The notes under the pieces were generated by a model. It had not been told where the DNA came from. It made no database searches and saw only the letters and a program-made list of their open reading frames with translations. A DNA stretch of 54,840 bases, filler included, from Dirinaria sp. TL-2023a (taxonomy: Eukaryota), in NCBI GenBank assembly GCA_051941275.1. It is 3 parts of 3 records of this genome, joined end to end, with 100 filler letters (N's around TTAATTAATTAA, not from the genome) between each part and the next. Parts side by side here need not be neighbours in the genome. Positions count along the whole stretch, not along the records: positions 18,334 to 36,541 come from JAVEBF010000393.1; positions 36,642 to 54,840 come from JAVEBF010000394.1; 1 more part is not named here. One strand, written 5' to 3'. Shown piece after piece: positions 24,356 through 36,924 of this stretch. Position numbers and translations under genes: made by a program. Positions within the stretch are counted from its first letter, which is position 1, and every line of letters begins with the position of its first letter.

Positions 24356-26052
24356 TTTCGATGCGGTCGCGAGACGATTAGGAAACCGTATGAACACTGA
24401 CAGTCGTATCTGAAGAATGGCCAAAGAGGTTCAAAATTGACTTTAAAGAGAGCGGAGATACAATAGGAGAAAGACTGTAAGAGCGAAATACGATATACAC
24501 ACAGTGTTTCCGAAAGATCATTCTGAAAGAAGGATCGAGTCCGGTCAAGGAAATATAATAATTGAGAAACATGGCCTCGGTGGGCTGTGTCTGCGCGACT
24601 GATGCGCGACGGCTAGTCTTGGGCGAGATGACCTGACTGTTCACCATTCTATTTCAACCTTGCAGTTACGAGCTCTTTTACTCTCACCTTGGCAAATGCT
24701 TGTAGTCGCAAAGATCCAATCATGGTTTGTGCTTGACGAGAAAATAGAGCCCCATTTCAAGAGCGAAGTCTCTGATTCGCGGGAGGAAAAGCTGCCAAGA
24801 TGCCAATTTGCGGCTGAGCCAGGTTATTACTTTAGATTTGGCCCTTGATACTACCACGTTTCATACGGCAGAAATCCTGGGGGAGATGGTGATAGAAGCA
24901 GTGGTATTATTAATAGGGACCACTTATTTGTACCTACAAATCGATATGTGTACTCCTCCGTACAAGAGAATACCTGCCAAGCCGGAGAGACGATTAGGGT
25001 TGCCGTCAAGGAAAACTGCATACACCATCGCCTACTCCGTCGAGCAATGATATGTGAGTTGGTTATGCTCTAGGAATTCCAATCATTGCCGTTGCCACCA
25101 ATTAATGACGCGGATGGATGAGACTTGTAGACAGAAGCACGAAGCCATGCATACGTTCGATATCGAGAGCGGAATGGAGGCATGCAATGACTGGAAAATT
25201 TGTCAGGTTATGCCATGATGCTCGCTTGATGCATTTATCAGTCATTCGTGTCCCAATTCCGCGAGATATATCATACTTCTCCTGGGATTTTCCTGGATTT
25301 GTATACAGAGGTGAGAGCGGTGGTGGTGGAGGAGGTATTTTTACCTGATCGGGCTTAGTAGCCCTGACCCTCGGTGAAGGGTTTCTTCTGATGAGCCACC
25401 TTGGCTTTCATCGTGGATTTGACAATGAGTCAGTACCACTGTGAAACGCTTCTATCCATCGAAAAGATAGCAAGGAAAGCTTCGCTACTATAATTTTCAA
25501 ATCCAGGTCCGTGGACCGAAAGCAACCTCGATACTCTTTCTCATAGCCGTTTCACGTGGGTCAAAGATAGATACAGCGTTCCGCGAGAGAGAGGATCACT
25601 TTGCAGTATCATGCTATGCCTGCATATCGAGCGAAACTAGCACGCAATAAGTATCACCCACTGTGAGCATAGAGAACAACATTCGATCATCACTTCCTCC
25701 CCAAAGGTTGACACCGGCCAGCGCATATTTGGCATGGGAAGTCATCAAACAACACCCTCTTATTTCGATACTCTAACCAAGCTGGAGCAGGAATTTCTAT
25801 CCTTTTCAAACTCGCACATGTCTCTGCTTAGATGATTTTTGATCGGTGCAAATCAAATCGATGAGTGGACGTAAGGTCGCTGGGTTAAGTCACCGGTAGC
25901 TTCCTCGATTCTAAACATGATTACCTTGTTAATTTTATATGTGGGAATCGCACTCCCCACGCTTCTCCGTTGACATAAAACGTTTCTGGTACCATCCTAG
26001 TAGCTCCATTCAAGTACGGAAATTGGAATCTCATCTCACACACACACCTCCG

Positions 26053-29000
26053 TCACCCAGCAACCCTGCATCCACTCAACCCCACCCAAAAAATCATCCA
26101 TCCCAACCATCCCGCTGCCAACGCCATCAAACCTCTTCTCCCCAACTCTCCCAGCCCAGTAGGTGCAGGTCCAGACGTGAAAGAAGCCGGGCTAAACCCA
26201 CCCACCGGCTGACAAACATTTTGCGCAAGGGCAAAAACCACTTTCATCAGAGAGCTGTTAGCAAGCAAAGCAGAACAAAACAGAGTAAAACAAAGCAAGA
26301 ACTAACTATTCTCTAAAACTTGATTTGAAAGGGGGTTGGGGGGGGGGGGAAAGGAAAGAGCCACACAAACTCGACATATTACGATGAGAGAGATTTGGAC
26401 TCATGTTACATAAAAACTTACTTACCTTCAATTTCCGCACTACTACAACTAGCCATTTCGCAACGACCCACCGAGGAGACGAAGATTTGGTTCTGGCAGA
26501 TACAAGTCAAGTCGTTGATACTACTGCAATTGGCTGCTGCTGCGGAGCCGTAGATGCAGGATTGCTGTTCCAGTTTCATCTCCAACATCAGCGTTTCGCT
26601 CCCATCTTCTGTCGAATTTATATATAAAGGGGGGAGGGGCGGTTACATACGGCGCAGATTGGGAACGCAGAGATATTATTCGGTGCATTCGTCGCCGCTG
26701 GTGGGCTGTTGGGCGCTGAATAAGTCGCTTCGGCGAGTAGTGAGGATAGCGCAGCGCCCGTGGGGACGATGGTTAGTGCGTTGCGGACGGGCAGACAGAG
26801 AGCTGCGGAATAGGCGTTGATAACTGTCGTGTTTTGTATTAAAAGAGTGGGTTAGATATTCAAGTTTAAAGCAAGTAGTAGGTTGTTTCGTGATCGAGCT
26901 TACCCTGGCGCTCACTCCCCGTGCAAGACGCGGTCTCGCATGTTTCGGCGTAGGAGACAAAGATTTCGCTGGTGCAGAGGCAGGTTAGGTTGTGGATGTC
27001 GCAGGCGGCGACGGAGGCGGCTTCGTAAATGCATTCTTGCTGCGCTGGATCAGTTCTGAAGAAGTGTTTGACGGGGATTGAGGCGGGCGTACGGCGCAGA
27101 AAGGCAGGCTCTCGATATCGTTAGGGGCGTTGGCGAGATTCGTCGGTGTTGGTATGATATCAGTGGATACCGGTCGTCCGAATGCAATGTCTGATTCGAT
27201 GCTGATGATTGAAGCTGGGATAGGGATGCCGATTGCTTGGCATCTTTGGATTGTGAATGGGAGCAGTCCTTGCGTGTCGAATTAGGGGGTTGGTTTTCTT
27301 ATGTGCCAGATGAATGAACGTACTTTGAAGATCTAATATTCCACAAGCGGCAGCCTGACAGGTCGAAAAAAGATTTCGAAATGCTTGGCTTTTGCACTGA
27401 CATTGGACGTCTTCTAGTGCGCAGCCGCTTTGGCGGAATGCATCAACCAGGCACGGTTTCTAGTATAAGTAAGTCTCGTACTGTTCTTCTTAAGCCAAAC
27501 CTACTGCGCATGCAGGAACCGATGCCAAATCGGTCACAGCGGTTGTGGTAGGAAGAGCGGCAGATAGAAGCAGCGAGGACTGTGCGGAAGGATTGATGGT
27601 GGGATTGATGGATGCGACGCCTCCTAGAGGTTCGCACTGCTTGCCCGATAGAATCAAAGCCGCTATTACCAGTAGATCAGTGGCAGATCAAGAAGCTAGA
27701 CGTTGACACTGACTGATTTGATCGGTCAAACTACACAGAGCAGGTTCACAAGCGCCGATAGATTCTCCAATGAATCTTGATTTGCACAAGAGATTCAGAT
27801 CGGTAACACTGCCTCCAATCTTGGACGTAGCATTGATTGCGCAGAATTGCTGAGTCAATGAGCTTTGTCTTCGCGCTACCTGTGGGAATTGGAGGTTACT
27901 CACCGCACATTCTGGAAGGCTGGAAAACGGCGGCACTGCACCAGGGACATTTCCTGTTGGGAACACTAATGGAACAGTTGCAGCTTGGAGAGGCGCAACA
28001 GTACCGGTTCCGTTGCGCGACGATTGAGGGATTGTCGTAGATGGTACCAGTGCTTCTCCCACAGCCGAGCATTGAGCGCCAGTATAATTTAGAATAGCTT
28101 TTGTTGTCAGCTACCCGCGGCGTTTTTTGATTGTCACATACTGTATTGATCGGCGATACTGCAAGCCTGAAGCTCACAAAAAGCTACCGATCCTCCTACG
28201 AAAGCCGGATTCACGCATATGCACTCCCAATCCGTAGGGGCGCAGCCACTCTGAAGCAAAGCTGCGTCCACGCAAGGTTGCTACGAAGCTGTCAGTCCAT
28301 CAAAACCCCTGACGTACTGTCGAGATTTGCTTACAGCACAGTCCGGAAGCTTGTACACGCTTGGCTCTGGGCTCGTCAATAGTGCGGTGATGTTCGACGC
28401 ACCAGGGGTTGACGGCACAAGCTGGACACCAACAGCGGCGCAGGCAGTGCTGGTGAAATCAATAATTGCTACATGGCACTATCAGCAATCTGTGATTTAA
28501 GCCGGTATTTTTTTCGAGCGGATAGCACTTGTGAGATGCTAGATCCTTTTAAGGCTATAAATCACCTTGTCGATCTGCCGGACTACAATACTGTTCCTCG
28601 TACGCAGCTGTTACGACAGTGTAAGCCTGACTTTGGCAGATGCATGTCCAATTGGTAGGAGAGCAGCCGCTTTCAGAAGTAGCAATGTCGAGACCCGGTT
28701 GCTAAATCTTTTCAGCTAGTCCTTCCTGGCCAAATGTTTCGTAGGGTGAAAGCTGACCGCGCAAGTCGAAAGATTGAACAAGCCAATATGGTTAGTTCCC
28801 CCAACAGGCTCGCAGAGCTCTATAGCAAGCGTGAAAAGCCCTAAAGGCAAATCAGATTGTACGCTTCGGTCTTACCAAAGAGAATATTCGAGACTCACGA
28901 GTCAGATCAGCAGGACCGCAATTTTGCCCTTCACAAGATTCGACGGAGCTTAAGAAGTTATTGGATTTGCAGATGAAATTTAGGTCGGTAGCATTGACCC

Positions 29001-29179
29001 CAAATTCAGCGGTTGTTCGTTCCACGCAGTTGAGCTACTCGAATTTATTAGCCTGCACAACTTGCAACAGTTTCAAAGGCGAAGATGCTCACAGCGCACT
29101 GAGGAAAGTCGGACGTTGAGACAGCGTCGATGTTAGCTACCGCGCACAAAGCGACGAAGATAATACACAGAAGCCACAT
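26053..29179 (-). CDS. Secreted, probably GPI-anchored protein with seven tandem CFEM domains (15 exons, about 700 aa)
   Basis: Signal peptide MWLLCIIFVALCAVANIDA. CFEM core exons 29034-28899, 28701-28566, 28280-28142, 27849-27714, 27459-27324, 27039-26904 and 26564-26426 (e.g. LPDCA|QPCVDAALLQSGCAPTDWECICVNPAFVGGSVAFCELQACSIADQ). All introns are GT-AG and keep the frame. Hydrophobic C-terminus ...LMALAAGWLGWMIFWVGL. Confidence 0.88.
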
Positions 29180-30781
29180 AGTCGCTGCACTGGAATTCCA
29201 AAGAATCCACGAAACTCTCTCAAACCCCCGCAATGTGAATACTGTACTATGAGGTTGTATGATCTTTATACTTGCGCTAAGCCAAGCTTTGCCGCAATCC
29301 TCTATATGTACGATGACTATAATCATGCAGGTTCTCCACGGAAACTAGGAAATGCAGCTAGCATATCGTAAAGCTATAGCCCAACGAGTAAGCTTTGCGC
29401 GACATCAGCCACTTAACACAGAGATAATGTTCCAGGTACGAGTACATGACCTTATGCATGCATATGATCAACAATAATTTGTCATTTTACATTAATTTGT
29501 TCGATCACAGATACAAGACCTTGTACAAGCTGTTGCTGATCGCACTGATCAACGTGTCAATTTTGAACCAGAATGGTGGAATCCATCTCTTCCGCTTCAA
29601 AGGCTTGTAATTCGGCATGTGTGTGTACAGATAGGCTCAGAAAAGTGAAAGAAAATGCAGAATACTTGCAGAAACCAGAAGTCACGATTTGAAGAAAAGA
29701 AAAAAAAAAAAAAAAAAAAAAGAAAGCCAAAGCCTAGAACGTAGGCCCGACGGCAGAATGAGTGCTGGGTGAAAGATATAATATATACGAGCAGTTGCGC
29801 ATCTTTTACTGTTGTTGTGACGGTTCTGCGTGGTCCGACCACGCTTAATACCAAATCCGTGGCTAAGATTCTCTGCTTCTTGCTCTCTCTGTTGTATTTC
29901 TCATTCTAATTCTAGGAAAGCGGCCCGTGGGTCGTAAGCTATCGACAGGCGGACATTTGTTAAGCATCATCTGGGTGGCAAGCTTCTATTACCATTGCTG
30001 GCTAGTCCCATTCTATTACTGGACTCTGGTTTCAATATGTATTAATGTTGCTGCATCTTTTTTAGCTGAAACGTGCACACTGAGGGCCTTACAGGTCATG
30101 ACTCGATGGCCAATAAGGCGTGTTATGATCGTCATACTCGGTACGTCGTCGAAGGCATAAAAGCATTTCGGCAGCGAGGATTTAACTACATGTTAGATCA
30201 ATCGAATACTTCAGAATGGCCTGTTATTACATGTTATTAGGTCATTTCGTGGATTACGTCAGGTAAAACCCAAAGTTGAGTTAGCTGTTATTACAAAACC
30301 CTTTGATGTTCCTCTTCAGGCTACTCGCGTCATCCTGTTGTAATGCGCGTGGATCTTTTAGATCGTGATATGCTATATTGATCCTTTCTTTCCTTTCCTT
30401 CTTTTCTTATTCTTTTCTTTTTTCAGTTTTTTGCAGCATGCTTCAGCCTTTGAATTCCTACAGACATTATTCTCATGATAGTTATCGGAAGCTTATGAAC
30501 TAGACCCAAACTAAGAATAGATATTGATTGAATATTGTAGCCTAGGAAATATAGAAAATAGTATCTTCGATCAATTCGGTCATTTAAAGATTGGACAAAA
30601 GAAATTCTAATAAACATAATTAAACAATAAATAGACATTTGTTCCATTATGTTCTCACCGTGTGAATGCGAGGGAAGGACGTAGTGAGGACTGCACTGGT
30701 CGCAACAAGTAGAGGTAGGTAAAATGGGCGGTTTGGCCTTAGCGGTCCACAAATAAGCTATGAATGGTAGGCCACCCTATT

Positions 30782-31561
30782 CATGGGAGCATCGTTATTG
30801 AGGCGCTCAGAGGCTGGTCGTTCTGAGGCTTTTTCATGAGATCCGCAAAGGTACCATCAGAGTTTATAAGCTGGGCTTTGGGACTGACAAAGTTGTTCGC
30901 GACAGTCAGATGCAGCCAAAGAATCCGTACTCGAAGATACAGTCGGTATTGTCCGTGAAGTTGGCAAGCTGCGCAGTGAAGGCGCGTACCGAGTCATTCC
31001 CTCTCAGGGTCAAAGCAATTTCGTAAACGATGATAGGTTGGGAGTAGGTGTTATGCATGCTTTGCAAATAATCAATTGCGGCATTACCATCAGTACCATA
31101 ATAATGGAGTCCGGTATAATCAGGAGGAGCATCCGAGACATGACCCATAAGTCTGCTAGCCAGGCAGCGCCCGCCGGACTCGACGCATTGATGGTTTGAC
31201 AAGTTGTTTCCCCTCGTCTTTACGAAGAGGTACCACTTGACTGTGCCAAGCATTTGTGGCGTCAGCAGCGGCGATACCGTTCATCTCAGGCTCATTGAAG
31301 AAATGAATGATGGATTAATCTGAGTTCACGACGTTGCCCCATTCCCAACGGGAAAATTGTGACGTGAGATGGATCATCACCCAGTAAGGAGCTTGGCGTT
31401 AGAGTTTAGGTGGAACCGAGGTGCTCCAACTGCTGACAGAAGACAAAGGGTGATCAAAGTTGCATTTGTCCATGACCGAGGACACACTGTAGTAGTCAGG
31501 GCCAGGAAAGTTAGTCCAGTCCAGAAAAGGTGTATTTTTTGTTTTTTTTTTTGACGAACAT
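30782..31561 (-). pseudogene. GH128 / Asl1-like beta-1,3-glucanase pseudogene
   Basis: Fragments in different frames: LDWTN...; IIHFFNEPEMNGI...WHSQVVPLRK; PPDYTGLHYYG...QPIIVYEIA...EYGFFGC; NFVSPKAQLINSDGTFADLMKK. They are interrupted by stops (31399, 30906) and frameshifts. Confidence 0.75.
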
Positions 31562-32571
31562 AGTTGCAATAAGATATATGATGAGTAGCCCAAAAGAACT
31601 CCAGAGCTCCTTGGAAAATGGTAGAAGTATGAGCTGAAACGGACGTTCGAAGGTGCGGCGGCTTCAGCTGGAGTATAGCAGTCCATTACCTTGAAAGTAT
31701 GCCTTTTTTTCTTTTCATGTTCTTTAGGACAAGCCATTTGTCCGTGTTTAGTCAGGATTGTAAACGATCGCTTTTGGGATACTATCCCATACATAGCCTC
31801 GTGGGATTCTAACACGGTTAGCTGCCTTGAATGCATCAACGTGGTCAGCGTGCATTAAGGCCAAGGAAGCGTCTCGTGATATCTCGACAAATTAAATGGT
31901 TTTTCAGATCATTGAAGCTTTCTTCATGCTGGACCAAGTGTTTTCGGAACCAATGCCTGAAAGGCCATAGCTCTAAGTTGGAGGAGCGGTGTGGGATTAT
32001 TGTTGAGCATTCACATTGCGTTAAATCTGGTCATAAGGGCCTTTAGAAAATCTATGAAGGCTTGGAAGAAGCTGTTAAATCATTGATCACAAATAAGTCG
32101 AAGACTACGAACTACAAGAAGATGTAGAATGGAAGAGATGATGGTGAATTTTCAAGTTTAGGGTTCCAAACACGTACCTGCCAACCCTGCCATTTCTGAA
32201 CTAGCGTTTTCTTACCCATAGGACTATCAAATTTTGCATCCCTGCTAAGTACCTTAGGCACAGGATTACTCGTCAGCCTCTCTCAAATCGCTCCCCAAAA
32301 TACGCAGATTGTTGCTGAGCTGCCTTTGTGATTTGTATCAGAAATTTTGCTTCAGTGACCTTAGTACTAGTCAGCCCTCATGTTCAAGTATCACATCAAA
32401 TCCTCAAGAAAAATCTTTATATCACACCATAGGTATCATTAAGGAAAAGTCGTGTATCACATCGTCACGACCGATAGTGCTAATAAATATGGTATGCTGT
32501 TACCGATGCTGATATCGCGCGATCACGCTGCATTAGACAGCGCTGGAGATTGATCTCTATTCATCAGAGGG

Positions 32572-35500
32572 ATGGACCCGCTCACAGCTTTCAGTGTCGC
32601 GTGTGAAGTCATACAAGTTGTGGACTTCAGCTCACGACTTCTAGCCACTTTCAAGGATATTTACAACAATGGATACCAGTCAGAGTACCAGCATGTTGAG
32701 GAAGCAACAAAGCACTTGATGAGCCTTCGGGATGAGCTAGATTTTTCTCGCAGTAGCGTTCCTCGAATGTACTCACGCCTATCACTAGAAGACATGAGGA
32801 GAGAGACTACTCCTTCGTTGCTACCGTGCATCGAGGGAAGGGCGTCGGGATGCTCGACCGATCGAGACCCACAGTCAGACCATCACACCGTTGATAAGAA
32901 CCTTATAGAAGTAGCCGAGGGCTGCTCTGCCACTGCTCAGCAGTTGATGAAAAAAATCCAAGCGTTGAAAGCCGATGGTCCTCACAAAAAGCGACAGGCG
33001 ATCCAGAAAACTATGAGAGCGTTTCGAGAGAAGAAAGAAATCCAGGACATTCGAAGACGCCTGGACGCTTATCGGAATGCTTTAGATACACGCATCTTAA
33101 TGGATCTGAGACAAGGACTCGATCTTGTGTCAATGCAGGAAAGCCAAGCTTTCCAGAATCTGGACCGTAAAGTTCAGCTTTTGATCACTGGCCTGTCTCA
33201 AGGGCCCAAGAATTATGATGAACTCAAGTTGGCCATACAGACCGAAAGCCAGGCTACAAGGAATCATATTGACCATTCCGTTCAGCAGCATAAGGAGAAG
33301 CTCGACGAGGAAATATATCGAAAGCGACTGCTTGATAGTTTGTGGTTTGAGGAGATCCATAGCCGTGAGGAGAGAATTGCTGATGCTCACAAAGAGACCT
33401 TCGAGTGGATCTTTGCTAGATCTGATCAGTCCGTCGGCTCATGGGATAATTATGTTCACTGGCTCGAGAACGGCCGCGGCATCTACTGGATCAACGGTAA
33501 AGCAGGATCGGGAAAGTCGACGCTGATGAGCTTTTTATGTCAAGATGGTCGCACCAAAGAGTCACTAAAAGTGTGTTCCAAGAAAAAATCGCTCATAATG
33601 CTAAAATTCTTCTTCTGGAGTGGTGGAGCACGGATGGAGAGATCCATCGAGGGTCTTCTGAGGTCGCTGATTTGGCAGATCCTCCAACAGTGCCCAGACA
33701 ACAACGACGAGCTTTCCGTGGTAGTTCCGAGCCAAGATGCAGTCGCTGCGTGGACTGAGCGTCGGCTTCGTTTGAGACTTCAAAACCTAGTTGAACGCTC
33801 ATCGGACTCATGTTACTACTGCTTCTTCGTTGATGGACTAGATGAGTTTGACGGAGACCAAGATAAAATAGTCAGCTTCACTCAGCATATTGCACAGAGT
33901 ACCAACGTGAAGATATGTTTATCTAGTCGCCCTTATCGACTGTTCAGCCAGGCCTTTGCATCTTCCGCAAAACTACAATTACACGATTTGACACAACATG
34001 ACATTCGCAAATTTGTATTTGACAACCTACAGACTATGCCCCAACTCTCCGAGAAGACTTCACAGTATCCAAATTGGCTTGAAAATGCCACTGAGTCTAT
34101 CGTGACAAGAGCGCAAGGGGTTTTTCTGTGGGTTGCCTTGGCGGTAAAGGATCAGAAACGTGGCATCAGAAATGACGATAGCCTAGAACAGCTGAAAACT
34201 CGACTAAGCAGCCTGCCCAGCGAAGTTGAAGGAATCTATGCGCGCGCGCTCAACCAGATTGAAGGCCTCTACAAGAGCGAAGCATCACAGTTCATGCGAA
34301 TCGCTCTCCATGTAGAGAATCAACCTCTTCTTAATTTTGTGCTACAGACATGGGATGAATTGGACGAAGTGCTCAGCTCTTCGAACGGCCTACCACAAAT
34401 GAGGATAGTCCAAAAGTCGAACAAGATCCGAAATCGCATTCTAACCACTTGCCCTAGCCTTTTAGAAGTTCATGACAGAGATGCTACCAATGTTCTAGAT
34501 CCAATGGCCAACTTTGTACCCAAGGGCAGCGTTTTAGTTTTTCCTGGCGAAGCCGATGAGGAACGCATATTTACCATTGCATCCAAAGTCACCGTAAATT
34601 TCATCCATAGAACCGCCTTGGATTTCATGCGACATGCGGGGCAAGGAAAGGCTTTTCTACAGGCCAACACACCCTCGGACTTCGATCCCCAAGTATCGTA
34701 TGTTAAGATGTTGCTCGCCAGGTTGAGGTTGTTCGGGGTAGAACAAACAAGCTTGGATGTGGACGACATTATGCGTCATACATGGGTGGCTGAGAAGAAG
34801 ACTAGGGTGCCACAAACAGCACTATGTGACCTTATAGATCATACCCTACGGAGAATCGACGAGAAAAGCCATAGGGCAGATCGCAAAAAGAAAACTTGGC
34901 CTCCGAACTCCCACTGGTGTACACGCTGGGGAATGTTGAAGGTTTTGGACAGCAACGAAGCCCTACTGGTCCCAGATTCGGAAGATAATGTTTCCACAGA
35001 GTTGAATGAGTCGATCAATCCTGCAAGCTATCGATCGGACCAGAAAAATGGCATCGGGGCATCATCGGGGCAGGTACAGGGCCGCGAAAATCAACTGGGC
35101 TGTTCAATCAGCGACCTAACGTCGCACAACAGTAATCCCTTGGAAAAAGAGCCAGATTTCCTCACCTTGGCAACATCGCATTCCCTGTACCGATACGTAC
35201 GACATGTCCTTAGCTGCCGGAGTACCTGTCTTGACACGGGTGAAGCAAGCCATCTCCTCTACCATACAGTAATGTCATTTGACTGCGTCGATGAACCAGG
35301 TGAGAAGTGTGTGGCATCTGCGGGTTTGATGAATGACCTACTTCGACAAGGTGGCAACCCCAACTTAGAGCTACCCCCTTTTGAGGATCCTTCTTCTACC
35401 ATCTGGTCATCGTTTCTGCTGATAATGCAGGACTTTTTACATTCCACCTGGAGCCCAGCCTGGGATCCATCGTTTTCGACCAAATTGCGAGGATCTTTGT

Positions 35501-35985
35501 TACAAATCGTGTCAGCCTTCATCGAGCGGGGAGCAGATCTAAATTCCGTTTATGACGAACGGATAAGAACAAACACTCTCAATCTCGACATATGCAATTC
35601 AAATCACCGTCCAAGCTATTTCCACCCATCAAGTTACTACCGATTTCAAATTCAACTATCTGCATTGACGATTATTAACTACTGTCTTCGAGACCACCCC
35701 GGGTTTTCAAACCTCCGAGATATCTGCGTTGCCAAAGGCGCCAAATACCACTCCAGATGCACACAGGTCGAAGACAGAGTAAAGATAAGCGGTCCCGACG
35801 GAACTCGCCCAGTCGCTGGCAAAATGTGTGTTGAGTTATCCGAAGCAGATTCGGCCAGATTCTTTGCTATATTTGAGAAAGATCTCGCGACTGCATCGGA
35901 AAAATATCAATTTTTGAATAATGCCACGACTTTGGGCAATGATTTGTGCGGAGGTGATCTCAAGCCTTTAGGTGCAGTTGTCTAA
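32572..35985 (+). CDS. Fungal STAND/NLR-like NACHT NTPase with N-terminal HeLo-like helical domain
   Basis: N-terminus MDPLTAFSVACEVIQVVDF; motifs IADAHKETFEWIF, Walker A YWINGKAGSGKSTLM, Walker B FFVDGLDEF, ICLSSRP, AQGVFLWV and VNFIHRTALDF. Single 1137-aa exon. Confidence 0.92.
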   Translation: MDPLTAFSVACEVIQVVDFSSRLLATFKDIYNNGYQSEYQHVEEATKHLMSLRDELDFSRSSVPRMYSRLSLEDMRRETTPSLLPCIEGRASGCSTDRDPQSDHHTVDKNLIEVAEGCSATAQQLMKKIQALKADGPHKKRQAIQKTMRAFREKKEIQDIRRRLDAYRNALDTRILMDLRQGLDLVSMQESQAFQNLDRKVQLLITGLSQGPKNYDELKLAIQTESQATRNHIDHSVQQHKEKLDEEIYRKRLLDSLWFEEIHSREERIADAHKETFEWIFARSDQSVGSWDNYVHWLENGRGIYWINGKAGSGKSTLMSFLCQDGRTKESLKVCSKKKSLIMLKFFFWSGGARMERSIEGLLRSLIWQILQQCPDNNDELSVVVPSQDAVAAWTERRLRLRLQNLVERSSDSCYYCFFVDGLDEFDGDQDKIVSFTQHIAQSTNVKICLSSRPYRLFSQAFASSAKLQLHDLTQHDIRKFVFDNLQTMPQLSEKTSQYPNWLENATESIVTRAQGVFLWVALAVKDQKRGIRNDDSLEQLKTRLSSLPSEVEGIYARALNQIEGLYKSEASQFMRIALHVENQPLLNFVLQTWDELDEVLSSSNGLPQMRIVQKSNKIRNRILTTCPSLLEVHDRDATNVLDPMANFVPKGSVLVFPGEADEERIFTIASKVTVNFIHRTALDFMRHAGQGKAFLQANTPSDFDPQVSYVKMLLARLRLFGVEQTSLDVDDIMRHTWVAEKKTRVPQTALCDLIDHTLRRIDEKSHRADRKKKTWPPNSHWCTRWGMLKVLDSNEALLVPDSEDNVSTELNESINPASYRSDQKNGIGASSGQVQGRENQLGCSISDLTSHNSNPLEKEPDFLTLATSHSLYRYVRHVLSCRSTCLDTGEASHLLYHTVMSFDCVDEPGEKCVASAGLMNDLLRQGGNPNLELPPFEDPSSTIWSSFLLIMQDFLHSTWSPAWDPSFSTKLRGSLLQIVSAFIERGADLNSVYDERIRTNTLNLDICNSNHRPSYFHPSSYYRFQIQLSALTIINYCLRDHPGFSNLRDICVAKGAKYHSRCTQVEDRVKISGPDGTRPVAGKMCVELSEADSARFFAIFEKDLATASEKYQFLNNATTLGNDLCGGDLKPLGAVV

Positions 35986-36541
35986 TACTTTGAACGTAAG
36001 ACCAATAAGGTTATGCAGCAAATGCAAAAGGCTACCTGGTTGCCGTGTCTTGCTCACTTAAGTGGTAAATTGGAGCCTGCTGACAGCCTCGAAAGAGTGT
36101 CAGGAAGCCTGTGGTGAAGAAATAGGCTGGGTTAAGAGATGTAGAAGGACGGAGATGCATAGGCCAGGAGATTCATGAGTGCAGGAACTCAAAAACGGAT
36201 TTTTAGACTTATATGGATTTGGACATAGGTAAGTCTCTTTCGATCAATAGTTCTTATACAACATTGTTGTGCCGGATATCACACTGACTTGGTCGTGAGT
36301 CTTCCAGCTTCATCAAAGCAAGCGAGCGGCAAAATGAGCTCTTCGCGCTCTCCTTTCCAGATCGCATGCATTACATCCGCTACAACCCCATCGCATCTCG
36401 GCGGTACCCCACAAATAATGCATTAGCCACCGCTCTGTCAAAGGTCATCTAGAGTACCTTCCCACCAATCCCAGAAAAAAAGGAAAAAAGAAACTAAAAA
36501 ACCCCAACGCCCGCACCCTAAAACCATCCCCGAAAAAAGAC

Positions 36542-36641
36542 NNNNNNNNNNNNNNNNNNNNNNNNNNNNNNNNNNNNNNNNNNNNTTAATTAATTAANNN
36601 NNNNNNNNNNNNNNNNNNNNNNNNNNNNNNNNNNNNNNNNN
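36542..36641. other. Assembly linker (44 N + TTAATTAATTAA + 44 N)
   Basis: Same synthetic spacer as 18234-18333. Confidence 0.97.
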
Positions 36642-36924
36642 GGGGGGGGGTTTCGAATCGTTTTTTGTTTGTTTCTTAGGGCATTGTTTTCTGCCCGGTG
36701 TTTCTTTTTTTGGGTTTCGAAGAAGGATTTGGGTCTCCAGGGGGGGGAAATGCCTTATACTAACCTTACATTAATACGGCATTGATGCGATCAATGTACA
36801 TAGAAGCTCATCCAATTGCTGACTCTGTATACATCCAAACATCGTCACGCTTTGCTGCTGATCCACAGATCAACGATATTCAAACAGTAGAACCTTTTCT
36901 ATTTTTCTCATTGTCTAGGGAACT

